A stretch of 64,000 nucleotides of DNA from Desulfobacterales bacterium (GCA_046483495.1 JAWODC010000076.1:32001-96000), one strand, 5' to 3'. Shown: positions 39,889 to 53,460, counted from the stretch's first letter. Numbers and translations: made by a program. The notes: generated by a model not told the origin, from the sequence alone.

Positions 39889-40950
39889 GTGTTTTCGATA
39901 GAAGATTACAATTACGAACTGCCGGAAGAACTGATTGCCCAATTGCCGGAAAAGCGGCGGGATGATTCCCGGCTGCTCCGTGTTTCCCGGTGGTCCGGAG
40001 AAATGTCGCATCATCGATTCCACCAACTCAGGGACTTGCTCGATTCCGGAGATGTGCTGGTGCTGAACAACACGGAAGTGATCCCGGCCCGCCTTTTCGG
40101 AAAAAAAGAAACGGGGGGGAAGGTAGAGGTTTTTCTGCTGGATGCCGCACAGGGCGGATTCAGTCGTGCAAGCCGCCGAACGGTTGAATGCGAATGCCTG
40201 ATTCGAGCATCCAAAAGGCCCGGCCCCGGAACGACGATCCGATTCAATCACGGTCTGACGGCCCGGGTCGTTCATTTTGAAAACGGCATTTTCCGGGTGA
40301 GCTTTTCAGCCCCTGAAGATTTCACTCAAACCCTAAATCGCATCGGGCATGTTCCGCTTCCCCCATATATCAAGAGAAGCCCGCCGTTCGATGACGCCAT
40401 CGATGCCGAATATTATCAAACCGTGTACGCTTCTCAAAAAGGCGCCGTTGCCGCACCTACGGCGGGCCTGCATTTTTCAAACGCCCTGTTGGCTTCACTG
40501 AAGGCAACAGGCATTAACATTGTTGAAATCACGCTTCATGTGGGGTATGGAACATTCCTGCCCGTCAGGGTAAACGACATCCGAAAACATCGTATTCACT
40601 CGGAGTGGTACCTCATCTCGGATGAGGCGGCCGAAACCGTGAATTCGGTCCGGCAACGCGGCGGCCGGGTGGTCGCAGTGGGCACCACCAGCGTCCGCAC
40701 ATTGGAATATGCATCCGATGAAACCGGCCTGCTGTACCCGGGCAGCGGAAGATGCGATCTTTATATATATCCGGGCTACCGGTTTAAAGCCGTGGATGCC
40801 GTAATCACAAATTATCACCTGCCGAAATCGACCCTGCTGATGCTGGTTTCGGCATTTGCGGGAAGAGAGCGAATATTTGCGGCATACCGGGAGGCAATAC
40901 GAAACAAGTATCGTTTTTACAGCTATGGCGACGCCATGTTGATCGTGTAA
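39889..40950 (+). CDS. queA: S-adenosylmethionine:tRNA ribosyltransferase-isomerase
   Basis: YELPEELIAQ, GHVPLPPYI, YQTVYA, AVAAPTAGLHF, TLHVG.GTF, YRFYSYGDAM. GTG start. Confidence 0.97.
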   Translation: MFSIEDYNYELPEELIAQLPEKRRDDSRLLRVSRWSGEMSHHRFHQLRDLLDSGDVLVLNNTEVIPARLFGKKETGGKVEVFLLDAAQGGFSRASRRTVECECLIRASKRPGPGTTIRFNHGLTARVVHFENGIFRVSFSAPEDFTQTLNRIGHVPLPPYIKRSPPFDDAIDAEYYQTVYASQKGAVAAPTAGLHFSNALLASLKATGINIVEITLHVGYGTFLPVRVNDIRKHRIHSEWYLISDEAAETVNSVRQRGGRVVAVGTTSVRTLEYASDETGLLYPGSGRCDLYIYPGYRFKAVDAVITNYHLPKSTLLMLVSAFAGRERIFAAYREAIRNKYRFYSYGDAMLIV

Positions 40951-42060
<1,110 letters not shown>

Positions 42061-42097
42061 TTCATTGCGAAAAACCCAAACGACCCCACAGGAGGGC

Positions 42098-42322
42098 ATG
42101 ATGAAGGAACGAATCACCAAGGCCTTACAACAAATCAGGCCGATGCTTCAGGCGGACGGGGGCGACGTGGAACTCGTCGACATCGATGAGAACGGCACCG
42201 TCAAAGTGCGGCTGCAAGGTGCCTGTTCGGGCTGCCCGATGAGCCAAATGACATTGAAAAACGGCATCGAACGATTTTTGAAGCAGGAAGTGCCGGGGGT
42301 TACTTCAGTAGAGTCGGTTTAA
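42098..42322 (+). CDS. NifU C-terminal (Nfu) domain protein
   Basis: IRPMLQADGGDVELV, L.GACSGCPMS..TLK.GIE. Confidence 0.9.
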   Translation: MMKERITKALQQIRPMLQADGGDVELVDIDENGTVKVRLQGACSGCPMSQMTLKNGIERFLKQEVPGVTSVESV

Positions 42323-42386
42323 ACCACCCACCTGAACCCCTCGATTAGAACGAGCAATCAATTTTAAAATATGGAGAAGCGCGTCC

Positions 42387-43574
42387 ATGACCATCGCCAA
42401 ACGTATCGAAGAATTTATCGCCCGATCCTCCTGGATTCGAAAAATGTTCGAAGAAGGCAATCGGCTCAAAGAGATCCACGGGCCGGACAAGGTATTTGAT
42501 TTTTCTCTGGGCAACCCCAATGTGGCCCCGCCTGATATTTTTAAATCCACCCTGCAAAAAGTGGTGGAGGATTCCATACCCACAGACCACGGCTATATGC
42601 CCAATCCCGGGTATATTCCGGTTCGGCAAAAAGTGGCGGCATACCTGTCCGAGGAGCAGCAGGCCCCCGTTACGCAGGACCATATCGTAATGACCTGCGG
42701 CGCCGCCGGTGCAATGAATATCATATTGAAAACCATGCTGGACCCCGATGACGAAGTCATTTCGCCGGCCCCGTATTTTGCCGAATACGCTTTTTACACG
42801 GATAACCACTGCGGCGTCTTCAAGCCGGTGCGCACAAATCCGGATTTTACGCTGGACATAAACGCCATTTCCGATGCCGTCAATGAGAAGACAAAGGCGG
42901 TGATCATCAATTCTCCGAACAATCCCACCGGCCAGATCTATTCCGAGGAGAGCCTTGCCGAATTGGGGGGCGTATTGACGGAAGCGGGTAAAACATTCAG
43001 CCGAACCCTCTACTTGATATCGGACGAGCCGTATCGCAAAATCGTCTACGATGACAATGTTGTGCCCGGTGTATTTTCCTGCTATCCAAACAGCATCATT
43101 GCGACCTCGTATTCGAAGGATATTTCCCTGCCCGGAGAACGCATCGGTTTTGCCGCGGTAAATCCGGCCGCACATCATCTCGGCGACCTGCTCAACGGCA
43201 TGGCCCTTGCCAACCGTATCCTAGGCTTTGTCAACGCGCCGGCGCTGATGCAGCGGGTGGTCTCCGAACTTCAGGGCGTGACGGTGGATGTATCGCGGTA
43301 TGCCAGGAAAAGAGATCTTTTGTGCGAGGGGTTGGCAAAAGCGGGTTATGAATTCGTAAGGCCGAAGGGGGCTTTTTATCTGTTTCCCAAGTCCCCGATT
43401 GCCGATGAAATGATCTTCATCGAGATGCTCAAAAAAGAATTGATCCTTGTGGTTCCGGGAGCGGGGTTCGGCTGCCCGGGGTATTTCAGGATTTCCTATT
43501 GCGTAGCGGATGAAACGATTGCAAACGCGCTTCCGGGTTTTGCGCGGGTAATGAAAGAAGTAAAGACCGCCTGA
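42387..43574 (+). CDS. PLP-dependent class I/II (aspartate) aminotransferase
   Basis: DFSLGNP, NSPNNPTG, SDEPY, SYSKD.SLPGERIG. Confidence 0.92.
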   Translation: MTIAKRIEEFIARSSWIRKMFEEGNRLKEIHGPDKVFDFSLGNPNVAPPDIFKSTLQKVVEDSIPTDHGYMPNPGYIPVRQKVAAYLSEEQQAPVTQDHIVMTCGAAGAMNIILKTMLDPDDEVISPAPYFAEYAFYTDNHCGVFKPVRTNPDFTLDINAISDAVNEKTKAVIINSPNNPTGQIYSEESLAELGGVLTEAGKTFSRTLYLISDEPYRKIVYDDNVVPGVFSCYPNSIIATSYSKDISLPGERIGFAAVNPAAHHLGDLLNGMALANRILGFVNAPALMQRVVSELQGVTVDVSRYARKRDLLCEGLAKAGYEFVRPKGAFYLFPKSPIADEMIFIEMLKKELILVVPGAGFGCPGYFRISYCVADETIANALPGFARVMKEVKTA

Positions 43575-43630
43575 AGGTGAGGCGCTTTGACTATGATTGT
43601 AAACAACATAGGTCAATGAAAGGAGAAAAC

Positions 43631-44035
43631 ATGAAAGTATTGAGAATCGACCATTTGGGAATCGCCGTAAATTCCATAGAAGAAGGAAAGAACTTCTGGA
43701 CGGACGTACTTGGACTGGATCTCACCGATACGGAGACCGTGGAAGCGCAGAAAACCACTACCGCTTTTTTGCCGGTAGGTGAAAGCGAAGTCGAGCTGCT
43801 GGAGTCCACCACTCCGGACGGCCCTGTGGCAAAGTTCATCGAAAAAAAAGGTCAGGGCATCCAGCATGTCGCCTTTGCTGTTGAAAACATCGAAGAAGCC
43901 CTTCGGGAGTTGAAAGAAAAAGGAATCCAGCTCATCGATCAGGAACCGAGAATCGGAGCGGGCGGAGCAAAAATTGCTTTTCTGCACCCCAAGGCCACCA
44001 ACGGTGTACTGGTTGAATTGTGCCAACGCGATTGA
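43631..44035 (+). CDS. mce: Methylmalonyl-CoA epimerase
   Basis: IDHLGIAV, ELLE, KKG.GIQHVAF.V, AFLHPK.TNGVLVEL. Confidence 0.93.
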   Translation: MKVLRIDHLGIAVNSIEEGKNFWTDVLGLDLTDTETVEAQKTTTAFLPVGESEVELLESTTPDGPVAKFIEKKGQGIQHVAFAVENIEEALRELKEKGIQLIDQEPRIGAGGAKIAFLHPKATNGVLVELCQRD

Positions 44036-44172
44036 TGCAATTTTATACCGAAAGGGGTACGAATCATCTTGACATGATTTTTTAACTCACGTATGAATTG
44101 ACTTTTTCACCAGGTAAGTATAACTTATTTACATGACCGAACCCATCAAAAAAATTTACGAGGAGTTTTACC

Positions 44173-46293
44173 ATGTCAGAGCATCCTGAAAAACAGAAAT
44201 GGATCGATCTTGCAACGAAGGAACTGAGAGGGAAACCCCTTGAAAGCCTGGACTGGGAAACACCCGAGGGGATAAAGGTCAAACCCCTCTACACCGCGCA
44301 GGATATCGAGGGTCTGCCGAATGTCAACACGCTGCCCGGCATGGCACCCTACGTCCGGGGACCCAAGGCTACCATGTATGCCGGAAGGCCCTGGACTATC
44401 CGGCAGTATGCCGGTTTTTCAACCGCCAGAGAGTCCAATGCCTTCTACCGAAGAAATCTGGCGGCCGGTCAAAAAGGCCTCAGCGTCGCCTTCGATCTCG
44501 CCACACACAGGGGATATGATTCCGACCATCCCAGGGTTGCCGGCGATATCGGCAAGGCCGGTGTAGCGGTGGATTCGGTTGAGGACATGAAGATTCTTTT
44601 CGACCGGATTCCGCTGGATGAAATGTCGGTTTCCATGACCATGAACGGTGCGGTCATTCCCATTATGGCCGGCTATATCGTAGCCGCCGAGGAGCAGGGA
44701 GTAAAGTATGAACAACTCACCGGCACCATTCAAAATGACATTTTAAAGGAGTACTTGACGCGGAATACCTATATTTATCCCCCCGAGCCCTCCATGCGGA
44801 TCGTATCCGATATCATTGCTTTTTGCTCGAAAAACATGCCGAAATTCAACACCGTCAGCATCAGCGGATATCACATGATGGAGGCAGGAGCGGATTCCGT
44901 TTTGCAGACGGCATTCACGCTGGCCGACGGCAAGGAATACATCAAAGCAGCACTGGCCTCGGGTATGGACATCGACACGTTCGCACCGCGGCTGTCTTTC
45001 TTTTTCGGCATTGGGATGAACTTCTTTATGGATATCGCCATGCTGAGGGCCGCGCGTTTTCTGTGGCATGAAATCGTCAGCGAGTTCAACCCCAAGAACA
45101 CGAAATCCACCATCTTACGGACCCATTGCCAGACCTCGGGATGGAGCTTAACGGAGCAGGATCCCTACAACAACATCATCCGCACCACCCTGGAATGCAT
45201 GTCCGCAGTACTTGGGGGAACCCAGAGCCTCCATACCAATTCATTCGACGAGGCGATCGGGCTTCCCACGGATTTTTCCGCCAGAATCGCCAGGAACACC
45301 CAAATCATCGTTCAGGATGAATCCCAGGTATGCCATGTCGTCGACCCTCTGGGCGGAAGCTACTATGTGGAGGCCCTGACAAACGGCATCATAGAAAATG
45401 CCAGAAACATCATTCAAGAAATCGATGGAATGGGCGGAATGGCCAAGGCAATCGAATCCGGGATGCCGAAAATGCGGATCGAGGAGGCCGCCGCGCGCAA
45501 GCAGGCGCGCATCGATCAAGGCCTGGATGTTATCGTGGGGGTAAACAAGTATCAAATAGAAGAAGACCTCGAACTCGAAATCCTTGAAGTGCCCGCCAGC
45601 GTCCGTGACGAGCAGGTCGCACGGCTCAAGGAAATTCGGGAAAAACGCGATGAGACCGCCACCCGACAGGCGCTTGAGGCCGTTACCAAAGCGGCGGAAA
45701 CCGGAGAAAACCTGCTGGAGGCCGCCATTGCCGCCACCCGGGCGCGGGCCACAGTCGGTGAAGTTTCCGATGCCATGGAAAAAGTATTCGGCCGATATGT
45801 CGCCACCACCCAATGCATTTCCGGAGCTTATGCCTCCGAATACATGGACACCGACATCATTCAATCCATCCGCAAGAGATGCGATGATTTCGAAGCCAAA
45901 CAAGGCAGACGGCCCCGGATTCTATTGGCCAAGATGGGTCAGGACGGACATGACCGCGGCATAAAAGTCATTGCGACGGCTTATGCGGACCTCGGGTTCG
46001 ACGTGGACATCGGGCCCATGTTCCAGACCCCGGAAGAAGTGGCGAAGATGGCCGTGGAGAACGACGTTCATGTAGTCGGTGCATCCAGCCTTGCGGCTGG
46101 CCATAAGACGCTGGTTCCCGAGCTTATCGATCAGCTGAAGAAAATCGGCGGTGAAGAAATCAAAGTGGTCGCCGGCGGCGTAATTCCGTACAAAGATTAC
46201 CAGTTCCTCACCGATGCCGGTGTTGCGGGCATATTCGGCCCCGGGACTTCGGTGATCGAGTCCGCCAACAAGGTGCTGAACGCCCTGGGATAA
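44173..46293 (+). CDS. scpA: Methylmalonyl-CoA mutase (fused, B12-dependent)
   Basis: [22 protein letters not shown]12 motif [10 protein letters not shown]. Confidence 0.96.
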   Translation: MSEHPEKQKWIDLATKELRGKPLESLDWETPEGIKVKPLYTAQDIEGLPNVNTLPGMAPYVRGPKATMYAGRPWTIRQYAGFSTARESNAFYRRNLAAGQKGLSVAFDLATHRGYDSDHPRVAGDIGKAGVAVDSVEDMKILFDRIPLDEMSVSMTMNGAVIPIMAGYIVAAEEQGVKYEQLTGTIQNDILKEYLTRNTYIYPPEPSMRIVSDIIAFCSKNMPKFNTVSISGYHMMEAGADSVLQTAFTLADGKEYIKAALASGMDIDTFAPRLSFFFGIGMNFFMDIAMLRAARFLWHEIVSEFNPKNTKSTILRTHCQTSGWSLTEQDPYNNIIRTTLECMSAVLGGTQSLHTNSFDEAIGLPTDFSARIARNTQIIVQDESQVCHVVDPLGGSYYVEALTNGIIENARNIIQEIDGMGGMAKAIESGMPKMRIEEAAARKQARIDQGLDVIVGVNKYQIEEDLELEILEVPASVRDEQVARLKEIREKRDETATRQALEAVTKAAETGENLLEAAIAATRARATVGEVSDAMEKVFGRYVATTQCISGAYASEYMDTDIIQSIRKRCDDFEAKQGRRPRILLAKMGQDGHDRGIKVIATAYADLGFDVDIGPMFQTPEEVAKMAVENDVHVVGASSLAAGHKTLVPELIDQLKKIGGEEIKVVAGGVIPYKDYQFLTDAGVAGIFGPGTSVIESANKVLNALG

Positions 46294-46297
46294 TCGC

Positions 46298-47290
46298 ATG
46301 TTTGCAAGAGACCCGGAATATTATATCCAAGGTATTCTTTCCGGAGATAAGCGTATTCTTTCCAAGACCATCACCCTTGTGGAAAGTTCGCTTCCGGGTC
46401 ACCAGGAGCTGGCGAGAAATATCATCGACGCGCTGCTCAGCCGGACCGGCAGCGCAATCCGGCTGGGCATTACCGGCGTTCCGGGTGTGGGAAAGAGCAC
46501 GTTTATCGAAAGCCTGGGAACGTTTTTGACAAAAAGGGGATCGAAAGTCGCCGTCTTGGCCGTGGACCCGAGCAGTAAGCGGAGCGGCGGCAGTATCCTG
46601 GCCGACAAAACGCGCATGGAAAAGCTCTCCGTGGAGGACATGGCATTTATCCGCCCGTCCCCTTCCGGGGGGACATTGGGGGGTGTCGCCCGAAAGACCC
46701 GTGAAACCATGCTTATCTGTGAAGCCTTCGGATTCGATGTGATCATTGTCGAAACGGTAGGCGTCGGCCAGTCGGAAACCTCTGTCGCCTCCATGGTTGA
46801 TTTTTTTCTGGTGCTGATGCTTGCCGGCGCCGGTGATGAACTTCAGGGGATTAAAAAAGGCGTTCTGGAGATGGCGGATGCCGTTGCCGTAAACAAGGCC
46901 GACGGGGACAACATCGAAAAAGCCGAACATGCGCGGTCCCAGTATGAAAAGGCGCTTCATTTTCTCAACCCTGCTTCAAAATACTGGACGCCTCCTGTTA
47001 TGTCCTGCAGCGCCGTCACCATGAACGGCATTGACCGGATATGGGACTCGGTAATCCGTCACCGGGACATCATGACCCAAACCGGTGAACTCGACACGAA
47101 GCGAAAGAAGCAGGCCATTGATTGGATGTGGACGATTTTGGAAGAGGGACTGAGAGCCCGGTTCAATCAGAACGAACAGGTTAAAAAAAAGCTGCCGCAG
47201 GCGATTCATGCCGTTGAAACCGGATATATGGCGCCTACAGCGGCGGCCATGGAACTGTTAACCATTTATGATGATAAGCAACCGGAGTAG
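46298..47290 (+). CDS. meaB: Methylmalonyl-CoA mutase-associated GTPase
   Basis: GITGVPGVGKST, AVDPSS..SGGSIL.DKTRM, ETVGVGQSE, NKAD. Confidence 0.95.
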   Translation: MFARDPEYYIQGILSGDKRILSKTITLVESSLPGHQELARNIIDALLSRTGSAIRLGITGVPGVGKSTFIESLGTFLTKRGSKVAVLAVDPSSKRSGGSILADKTRMEKLSVEDMAFIRPSPSGGTLGGVARKTRETMLICEAFGFDVIIVETVGVGQSETSVASMVDFFLVLMLAGAGDELQGIKKGVLEMADAVAVNKADGDNIEKAEHARSQYEKALHFLNPASKYWTPPVMSCSAVTMNGIDRIWDSVIRHRDIMTQTGELDTKRKKQAIDWMWTILEEGLRARFNQNEQVKKKLPQAIHAVETGYMAPTAAAMELLTIYDDKQPE

Positions 47291-47416
47291 ACCGGTGGAT
47301 GAACCGCACCGGGATGCATCGGAAAACATAAGAAATCGGTTTTAGGGCGTTGAACATCGTCCGTTTGCACGGCTTTTTTGGAGCCATCCAAATTCGAAAA
47401 ATGAAAGGACGTAAAC

Positions 47417-48970
47417 ATGGGCATTACCGAAGATAAAATCAAGGAACTGGTTGAGCGGGAAAAGAAAATCCTACGGATGGGCGGAGAGAAGGCTCTGGAG
47501 AAACAAAAGAAGTCCGGAAAAATGAACGCCCGTGAACGGCTGAATTATTTGTTCGATCCGGGCACTTTTCGAGAACTCGACAAGTTCGTTCAGCACCGCT
47601 GCACGTATTTCGGTATGGAAGAAGTCGACATTCCGGCTGACGGCGTCATTACCGGATACGGAATGGTGGACGGCCGTCCGGTGTTTGCGTTTGCCCAGGA
47701 TTTTACAGCACGCGCCGGAAGCCTGGGCGAAATGCACGCCAAGAAAATCTGCAAGGTGATGGATTTGGCCATGAAAGCCGGTGCACCGTTTGTCGGACTG
47801 AATGATTCCGGGGGTGCCCGCATTCAGGAAGGCGTGGATGCATTGTCCGGATACGGCCAGATTTTTTTCCGCAATTCCGCGGCATCGGGCGTCATTCCTC
47901 AGATTTCCGCCATCATGGGACCCACGGCCGGGGGTGCCGTGTATTCGCCGGCCATGACCGATTATATCTTTATGGTCAAAAACACCAGTTACATGTTCAT
48001 TACGGGTCCCGCCGTAATTAAATCGGTCACCGGCGAGGAAGTGTCCTTCGAAGACCTCGGCGGCGCCATGGCGCATAACGAAAAAAGCGGGGTCGCCCAG
48101 TTTGCCTGTGAAAGCGATGAAGACGCGCTGAACCAGATCAAGAAGCTTTTGTCTTACCTGCCGTCCAATAATATGGAAGACGCGCCGATTATCGACACAG
48201 GCGATGATCCGAAAAGAGCGGAGCCGGCGCTGAATACAATTGTTCCGGACAGCCCGAACCAGGCATATGACATGAAAACCGTCATCCAATCCATCGTCGA
48301 TAACGGTGAAATGTTCGAGCCACATGCTTATTTCGCTCGAAATATCATCGTTTGTTTTGCCCGGCTGAACGGACGAAGCATCGGCATTATCGCCAATCAA
48401 CCGTCTTTTATGGCGGGCAGCCTGGATATCGACGCTTCGGACAAGGCAAGCCGATTTATCCGTTTCTGTGATGCATTTAACATTCCCATTCTCACCATAG
48501 CTGATGTTCCCGGTTATCTTCCGGGAACCCACCAGGAATGGGGCGGCATTATCCGGCATGGGGCCAAGCTGCTTTGGGTGTATTCCGAAGCCACCGTACC
48601 CAAACTGCTTCTGGTGACCCGCAAAGATTACGGCGGCGCATATCTGGCCATGAGCGGCAAAGATCTGGGAACGGATTTCGTTTTTGCGTGGCCGACAGCG
48701 GAAATCGCGGTCATGGGCGCTTCCGGAGCCGCCAATGTCATCCATGCCCGGGAAATTAAAAGCGCCGAAAATCCGGATGACAAACGCAAGGAAAAAATCA
48801 AGGAATATGAGGATTTGTTTTCCAATCCGTACTGCGCCGCGGCCAGGGGATTTGCCGATGCGGTCATCGTACCCAGTGAAACCCGGTCCTATCTGATCGA
48901 TGCCCTGGAAGTCATGTGCAGCAAACGGGAGACCCGGCCGCCGAAAAAGCACGGCAATATTCCGCTGTAA
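47417..48970 (+). CDS. Acyl-CoA carboxyltransferase (propionyl-CoA carboxylase beta / transcarboxylase 12S)
   Basis: DSGGARIQEG, AGGAVYSPA, IIRHGAK, PPKKHGNIPL. Confidence 0.93.
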   Translation: MGITEDKIKELVEREKKILRMGGEKALEKQKKSGKMNARERLNYLFDPGTFRELDKFVQHRCTYFGMEEVDIPADGVITGYGMVDGRPVFAFAQDFTARAGSLGEMHAKKICKVMDLAMKAGAPFVGLNDSGGARIQEGVDALSGYGQIFFRNSAASGVIPQISAIMGPTAGGAVYSPAMTDYIFMVKNTSYMFITGPAVIKSVTGEEVSFEDLGGAMAHNEKSGVAQFACESDEDALNQIKKLLSYLPSNNMEDAPIIDTGDDPKRAEPALNTIVPDSPNQAYDMKTVIQSIVDNGEMFEPHAYFARNIIVCFARLNGRSIGIIANQPSFMAGSLDIDASDKASRFIRFCDAFNIPILTIADVPGYLPGTHQEWGGIIRHGAKLLWVYSEATVPKLLLVTRKDYGGAYLAMSGKDLGTDFVFAWPTAEIAVMGASGAANVIHAREIKSAENPDDKRKEKIKEYEDLFSNPYCAAARGFADAVIVPSETRSYLIDALEVMCSKRETRPPKKHGNIPL

Positions 48971-49005
48971 TGAAAACGTTAATGGAAAATGCCGACGGAG
49001 TTGAC

Positions 49006-49224
49006 ATGGATAAACACAAAAAACGAGCGGCAGCCATTTCTGCGGTTGTCCGTTATTTAAAATCGGAAGAAGAAATCCTGGCGGCCCGCCAATCCGCCCA
49101 AATACCGGCCGCCCCGGTACGGCAGATCGGCATCTCGGTTTGGGGAATTTCCGGCCGGCAGTATCAGATGCAGATGCGGCAGCTGATGCAGATAAAAACG
49201 TTTCATGGCACGCGATTCAGATAA
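49006..49224 (+). CDS. Small carboxylase accessory (epsilon-like) protein
   Basis: AAAISAV..Y...E and W..SGR pattern, between carboxyltransferase genes. GGAG RBS. Confidence 0.65.
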   Translation: MDKHKKRAAAISAVVRYLKSEEEILAARQSAQIPAAPVRQIGISVWGISGRQYQMQMRQLMQIKTFHGTRFR

Positions 49225-49274
49225 GTGCCGCAATAAGAACGCAAAATGATATTATCATTTAAGGGAGAACGTAT

Positions 49275-51263
49275 ATGAGTGATCACAATCAAGTCAAAAT
49301 GACGAAAATGGACTACAGTCCGGATCGGCCTAAAGCGAAAAATCCGCTGAAGGTGGAGGATCTTTCCCTCCGTGACGGTCATCAGTCCCTTTTCGCTACC
49401 CGAGGACGGACGGAGGATATGATCCCGGTGGCGGAACTGATGGATGAAGTGGGTTTCTGGGCCGTGGAGACATGGGGCGGTGCCACCTTCGACACAATGC
49501 ACCGGTTTTTGAATGAAGACCCCTGGGAGCGCATTCGAACCCTGAAGCGGTATTTCAAAAAGACGCCGTTTTCGATGCTGTTGCGAGGACAGAACCTCGT
49601 CGGCTACAGGAACTATGCCGACGATGTCGCCGAAGCGTTTGTAGAGCGGGCGGCGGAAAACGGAATGGATATTTTCAGGACGTTCGACGCTCTGAATGAT
49701 TATCGAAATTTCGAAACGGTGGTGCCTGTCATAAAACGATGCGGCAAGCATTTTCAAGGCTGTATCTGTTATACGTTGACCGAGCCGAGGATGGGCGGCG
49801 AGGTTTACACGATCGACTACTATGTAAAAAAGGCCAAAGACCTGGAAGCCATGGGAGCGGACAGCATCTGCATCAAGGATATGGCCGGCCTGATCGCACC
49901 GTATGATGCATACGCCGTGGTCAAGGCGTTGAAGGATAGCGTCAGCCCGCCGATTCATCTGCACAGCCATTTTACCTCCGGCATGTCCCCCATGAGCCAC
50001 CTGAAAGCCATCGAAGCCGGTGTGGACATTATCGACACATGTATGACGCCCTATGCTTACAGAACCTCGCATGCGGCGATCGAGCCGCTTGTCATGTCCC
50101 TTCTGGGCACCAACCGGGATACGGGCTTTGACATCAAGCTTCTGGCGAGGATCAATGAGATTCTTGAAAAAGAAGTTATACCTAAATACAGGCATCTGCT
50201 GGATGACACGAAAGTGTCCATCATCGACATCAACGTCCTGCTCCACCAGACACCCGGCGGTATGCTGTCCAACCTTGTGAACCAGCTGCGGGAAATGGAC
50301 GCACTGGACAAACTTGACGAGGTGTATGCCGAACTCCCCAAGGTTCGCAAAGACCTCGGACAGGTTCCGCTCGTCACGCCGACCAGCCAGATTGTCGGCA
50401 TTCAGACGGTGAACAACGTACTTTTCGATGATGAAAATGAACGGTACAAAATGATCACGGCCCAGGTCAAGGATCTCTGTTACGGTCTGTACGGCAAAAC
50501 CGCTGTGCCGATCAATCCGGAGGTTCAGAAAAAAGCGCTCAAGGGATATCCAAGAGGAGAAGAGCCCATTACCTGCCGGCCGGCCGAAGTGCTGGAACCG
50601 GAACTGCCAAAAGCCCGCGAAGAAGTCAAGGATCTGGCCGCCGATATCGATGACGTTCTGATCTACGCCTTATATCCGGTAACCGGCAAAAAATTTCTCA
50701 AATGGAAATACGGCAAGGAAGAACCCCCCGAGGAAGTAAAGCCGCGCACTCTGGAGCAGGCAAAGAAAGAGGAGGAGCTGGTAAAGAAAGCCCGTGCCGG
50801 CAAGGTCATCGAAAAGCCCGCCGGAGTGCCCGAAAAAACTGAAAACGCTCGAACTTTCAATGTTTTTGTAGACAGCGAATACTTTGAGGTGCAGGTGGAT
50901 GAAATCGGCGGCCCCCCGGTGGTTACTTATACGGCAACGGCCCAAGCCGCACCGAAACCCGCACAGGCCGCGCCGGCAGCACCGGCGGCAAAAGCGCCGG
51001 CCGCACCCGCCGAACCGAAGCCCAAAGCAGTTCCGGCGGCCGCCGTAGACGGCACCCCGTTGACAGCACCGATGCCGGGAATGGTGGTTAAACTGCACAA
51101 AAAAGTCGGAGACACGGTAACCGAGGGCGAAACGGTGCTGATCCTGGAAGCCATGAAAATGGAGAATGCACTCACGGCGCCGGTGAGCGGCACGGTAAAA
51201 GCCATCAATTTCGAAAGCGGCGACTCCGTCGCTAAAAATGACATTCTCTGCGTCATCGGGTAA
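49275..51263 (+). CDS. Pyruvate/oxaloacetate carboxyltransferase fused to biotinyl domain (PycB/OadA, transcarboxylase 5S+1.3S-like)
   Basis: [36 protein letters not shown], Ala/Pro linker, EAMKM. Confidence 0.93.
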   Translation: MSDHNQVKMTKMDYSPDRPKAKNPLKVEDLSLRDGHQSLFATRGRTEDMIPVAELMDEVGFWAVETWGGATFDTMHRFLNEDPWERIRTLKRYFKKTPFSMLLRGQNLVGYRNYADDVAEAFVERAAENGMDIFRTFDALNDYRNFETVVPVIKRCGKHFQGCICYTLTEPRMGGEVYTIDYYVKKAKDLEAMGADSICIKDMAGLIAPYDAYAVVKALKDSVSPPIHLHSHFTSGMSPMSHLKAIEAGVDIIDTCMTPYAYRTSHAAIEPLVMSLLGTNRDTGFDIKLLARINEILEKEVIPKYRHLLDDTKVSIIDINVLLHQTPGGMLSNLVNQLREMDALDKLDEVYAELPKVRKDLGQVPLVTPTSQIVGIQTVNNVLFDDENERYKMITAQVKDLCYGLYGKTAVPINPEVQKKALKGYPRGEEPITCRPAEVLEPELPKAREEVKDLAADIDDVLIYALYPVTGKKFLKWKYGKEEPPEEVKPRTLEQAKKEEELVKKARAGKVIEKPAGVPEKTENARTFNVFVDSEYFEVQVDEIGGPPVVTYTATAQAAPKPAQAAPAAPAAKAPAAPAEPKPKAVPAAAVDGTPLTAPMPGMVVKLHKKVGDTVTEGETVLILEAMKMENALTAPVSGTVKAINFESGDSVAKNDILCVIG

Positions 51264-51387
51264 TCCAATCACCCGGTTTTCAGACATGTTCGCCCGGCGG
51301 AATTTCACCGCCGGGCGCATTTCGGCAGGCCTCCGTCGTGCAGCGTTCATTTACTTCAGCAATATTTCAAGATCAAGGAGGAGGATC

Positions 51388-52554
51388 ATGAAGATCCACG
51401 AGTATCAGGCTAAGGAGTTGTTCAGAAAATACAATGTTCCGGTCCCCCGGGGCGGGGTGGCCTTCAGTCCGGATGAAGCCAAAAAAGTCGCCGAAAACCT
51501 CGGCGGATTTCCCGTGGTCGTAAAAGCTCAGATACATGCCGGCGGCCGGGGAAAAGGCGGCGGCGTCAAACCGGCCAAATCTCTGGAAGAAGCCGGAACC
51601 GTCGCCGGTGATATCATTGGCATGACGCTGGTGACCCACCAGACCGGGCCCGAGGGTCGACTGGTCAAGAAAGTATTGGTGGAGCAGGGGCTCGATATCG
51701 TCAAGGAGCTTTATCTGAGTATTCTACCGGACCGGTCAACGGCGAAAAACATTATCATGGCCAGCGAAGCCGGCGGTATGGATATCGAGGCCGTCGCCGA
51801 GGAAACACCTGAAAAAATCATCAAAGTCGCGGTCGATCCCATGCTGGGAATCCAACCCTACCATGTGAGGCAGGTTGCCTTCGGCTTGAATATACCCGCA
51901 CCCTGCATGAAGGCCTTCCAGGGGCTCGTAAAGAATCTTTACGACCTGTTCGTGAGCTATGACTGCTCCCTGGTGGAAATCAATCCTCTGGTATTGACGG
52001 CCGATGACAATGTTCTGGCTCTGGATGCCAAAGTCGATATCGACGGCAACGCCCTTTACCGCCACAAAGATGTCGTGGATTACCGGGATACGGACGAGGA
52101 AGATCCCCTGGAAGTTCAAGCCAGCAAATACAACTTGAACTACATCAATCTCGGCGGCAACGGCAATGTCGGCAATATGGTGAACGGCGCCGGACTGGCC
52201 ATGGCCACCATGGACATCATCAAGCTTGCCGGTGCAGAACCGGCCAACTTCCTCGATGTCGGAGGAGGGGCAAACGCGGAAATGGTGGAAAACGGTTTTA
52301 AAATCATTCTCAGCGATTCCAATGTAAAGGGAATCCTGATTAATATTTTCGGGGGTATTTTAAGGTGCGACGTCCTGGCCACGGGTGTTGTCCAGGCCGC
52401 AAAGGCAATCGGCCTGAAAGTGCCCGTAGTGGTTCGAATGGAAGGCACCAATGTGGAGGAAGGCCGGAGGATTCTTTCGGAGTCCGGCCTGAAGCTGATA
52501 TCGGCCGTGGATTTGAAAGACGCGGCCCAAAAAGTTTCCGAGATCGTCAATTAG
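51388..52554 (+). CDS. sucC: Succinyl-CoA synthetase beta subunit
   Basis: [44 protein letters not shown]. Confidence 0.96.
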   Translation: MKIHEYQAKELFRKYNVPVPRGGVAFSPDEAKKVAENLGGFPVVVKAQIHAGGRGKGGGVKPAKSLEEAGTVAGDIIGMTLVTHQTGPEGRLVKKVLVEQGLDIVKELYLSILPDRSTAKNIIMASEAGGMDIEAVAEETPEKIIKVAVDPMLGIQPYHVRQVAFGLNIPAPCMKAFQGLVKNLYDLFVSYDCSLVEINPLVLTADDNVLALDAKVDIDGNALYRHKDVVDYRDTDEEDPLEVQASKYNLNYINLGGNGNVGNMVNGAGLAMATMDIIKLAGAEPANFLDVGGGANAEMVENGFKIILSDSNVKGILINIFGGILRCDVLATGVVQAAKAIGLKVPVVVRMEGTNVEEGRRILSESGLKLISAVDLKDAAQKVSEIVN

Positions 52555-52590
52555 CCACACGAACAAACCGAAAAAGTGAGGATTAAAACC

Positions 52591-53460
52591 GTGAGTATAT
52601 TTGCAGACAAAAACACAAAGCTTTTGGTTCAGGGCATTACCGGAAAAGAAGGACAATTTCATACCCGCCAGTGCGCCGCCTACGGCACCCAGGTGGTGGC
52701 AGGTGTCACTCCGGGCAAGGGCGGCCAAGATATGGATGGTATTCCGGTGTTCAACAGTGTATACCAGGCGGTCCGGGAGACAGGCGCCGACTGTTCATTG
52801 ATATTCGTACCGCCCCCGTTTGCGGCGGATGCCATACTGGAAGCCACGGACGGCGGGGTGGGTCTCATCGTGTGCATCACCGAGGGAATTCCCGTCCAAG
52901 ACATGATGAAAGTCAAAAATTACATCCAGGACAAATCCGTCAGGCTCATCGGACCGAACTGCCCGGGCATCATCACTCCGGGAGAATGCAAGATCGGCAT
53001 TATGCCGGCGCCGATTCATAAGCCCGGCGGACCGATCGGGGTGGTTTCCCGATCCGGCACCCTGACTTACGAGGTGGTGCATCAATTGACCCGTCAGGAA
53101 ATCGGCCAAACCACCTGCATCGGTATCGGCGGCGACCCGGTAAACGGCACGAATTTCATTGATTGTCTCAAGGCCTTCCAGGAAGATGAGGACACCACCG
53201 GCATCGTCATGGTGGGGGAAATCGGAGGACGGGCGGAAGAAGACGCCGCCGAATTTATCCATGAGTACGTCACCAAACCCGTGGTCGGCTTCATTGCCGG
53301 TTTGACCGCACCTCCGGGAAGGCGCATGGGTCATGCCGGAGCGATTATCAGCGGCAAAAGCGGAACGGGTCAGGCAAAAGTCGACGCCATGAAAGCCGCC
53401 GGCATTCATGTGTGTGAAAATTTAGGCCTTTTGGGCGAACGTTGTGCAAACGTGTTTTAA
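52591..53460 (+). CDS. sucD: Succinyl-CoA synthetase alpha subunit
   Basis: [30 protein letters not shown] start. Confidence 0.96.
   Translation: MSIFADKNTKLLVQGITGKEGQFHTRQCAAYGTQVVAGVTPGKGGQDMDGIPVFNSVYQAVRETGADCSLIFVPPPFAADAILEATDGGVGLIVCITEGIPVQDMMKVKNYIQDKSVRLIGPNCPGIITPGECKIGIMPAPIHKPGGPIGVVSRSGTLTYEVVHQLTRQEIGQTTCIGIGGDPVNGTNFIDCLKAFQEDEDTTGIVMVGEIGGRAEEDAAEFIHEYVTKPVVGFIAGLTAPPGRRMGHAGAIISGKSGTGQAKVDAMKAAGIHVCENLGLLGERCANVF

Noticed and set aside
47471..48952. Long antisense ORFs (also 8773-9813, 15042-16280, 23479-24450, 49203-50246)
   Set aside because: Shadows of well-supported genes on the opposite strand, with no motifs.
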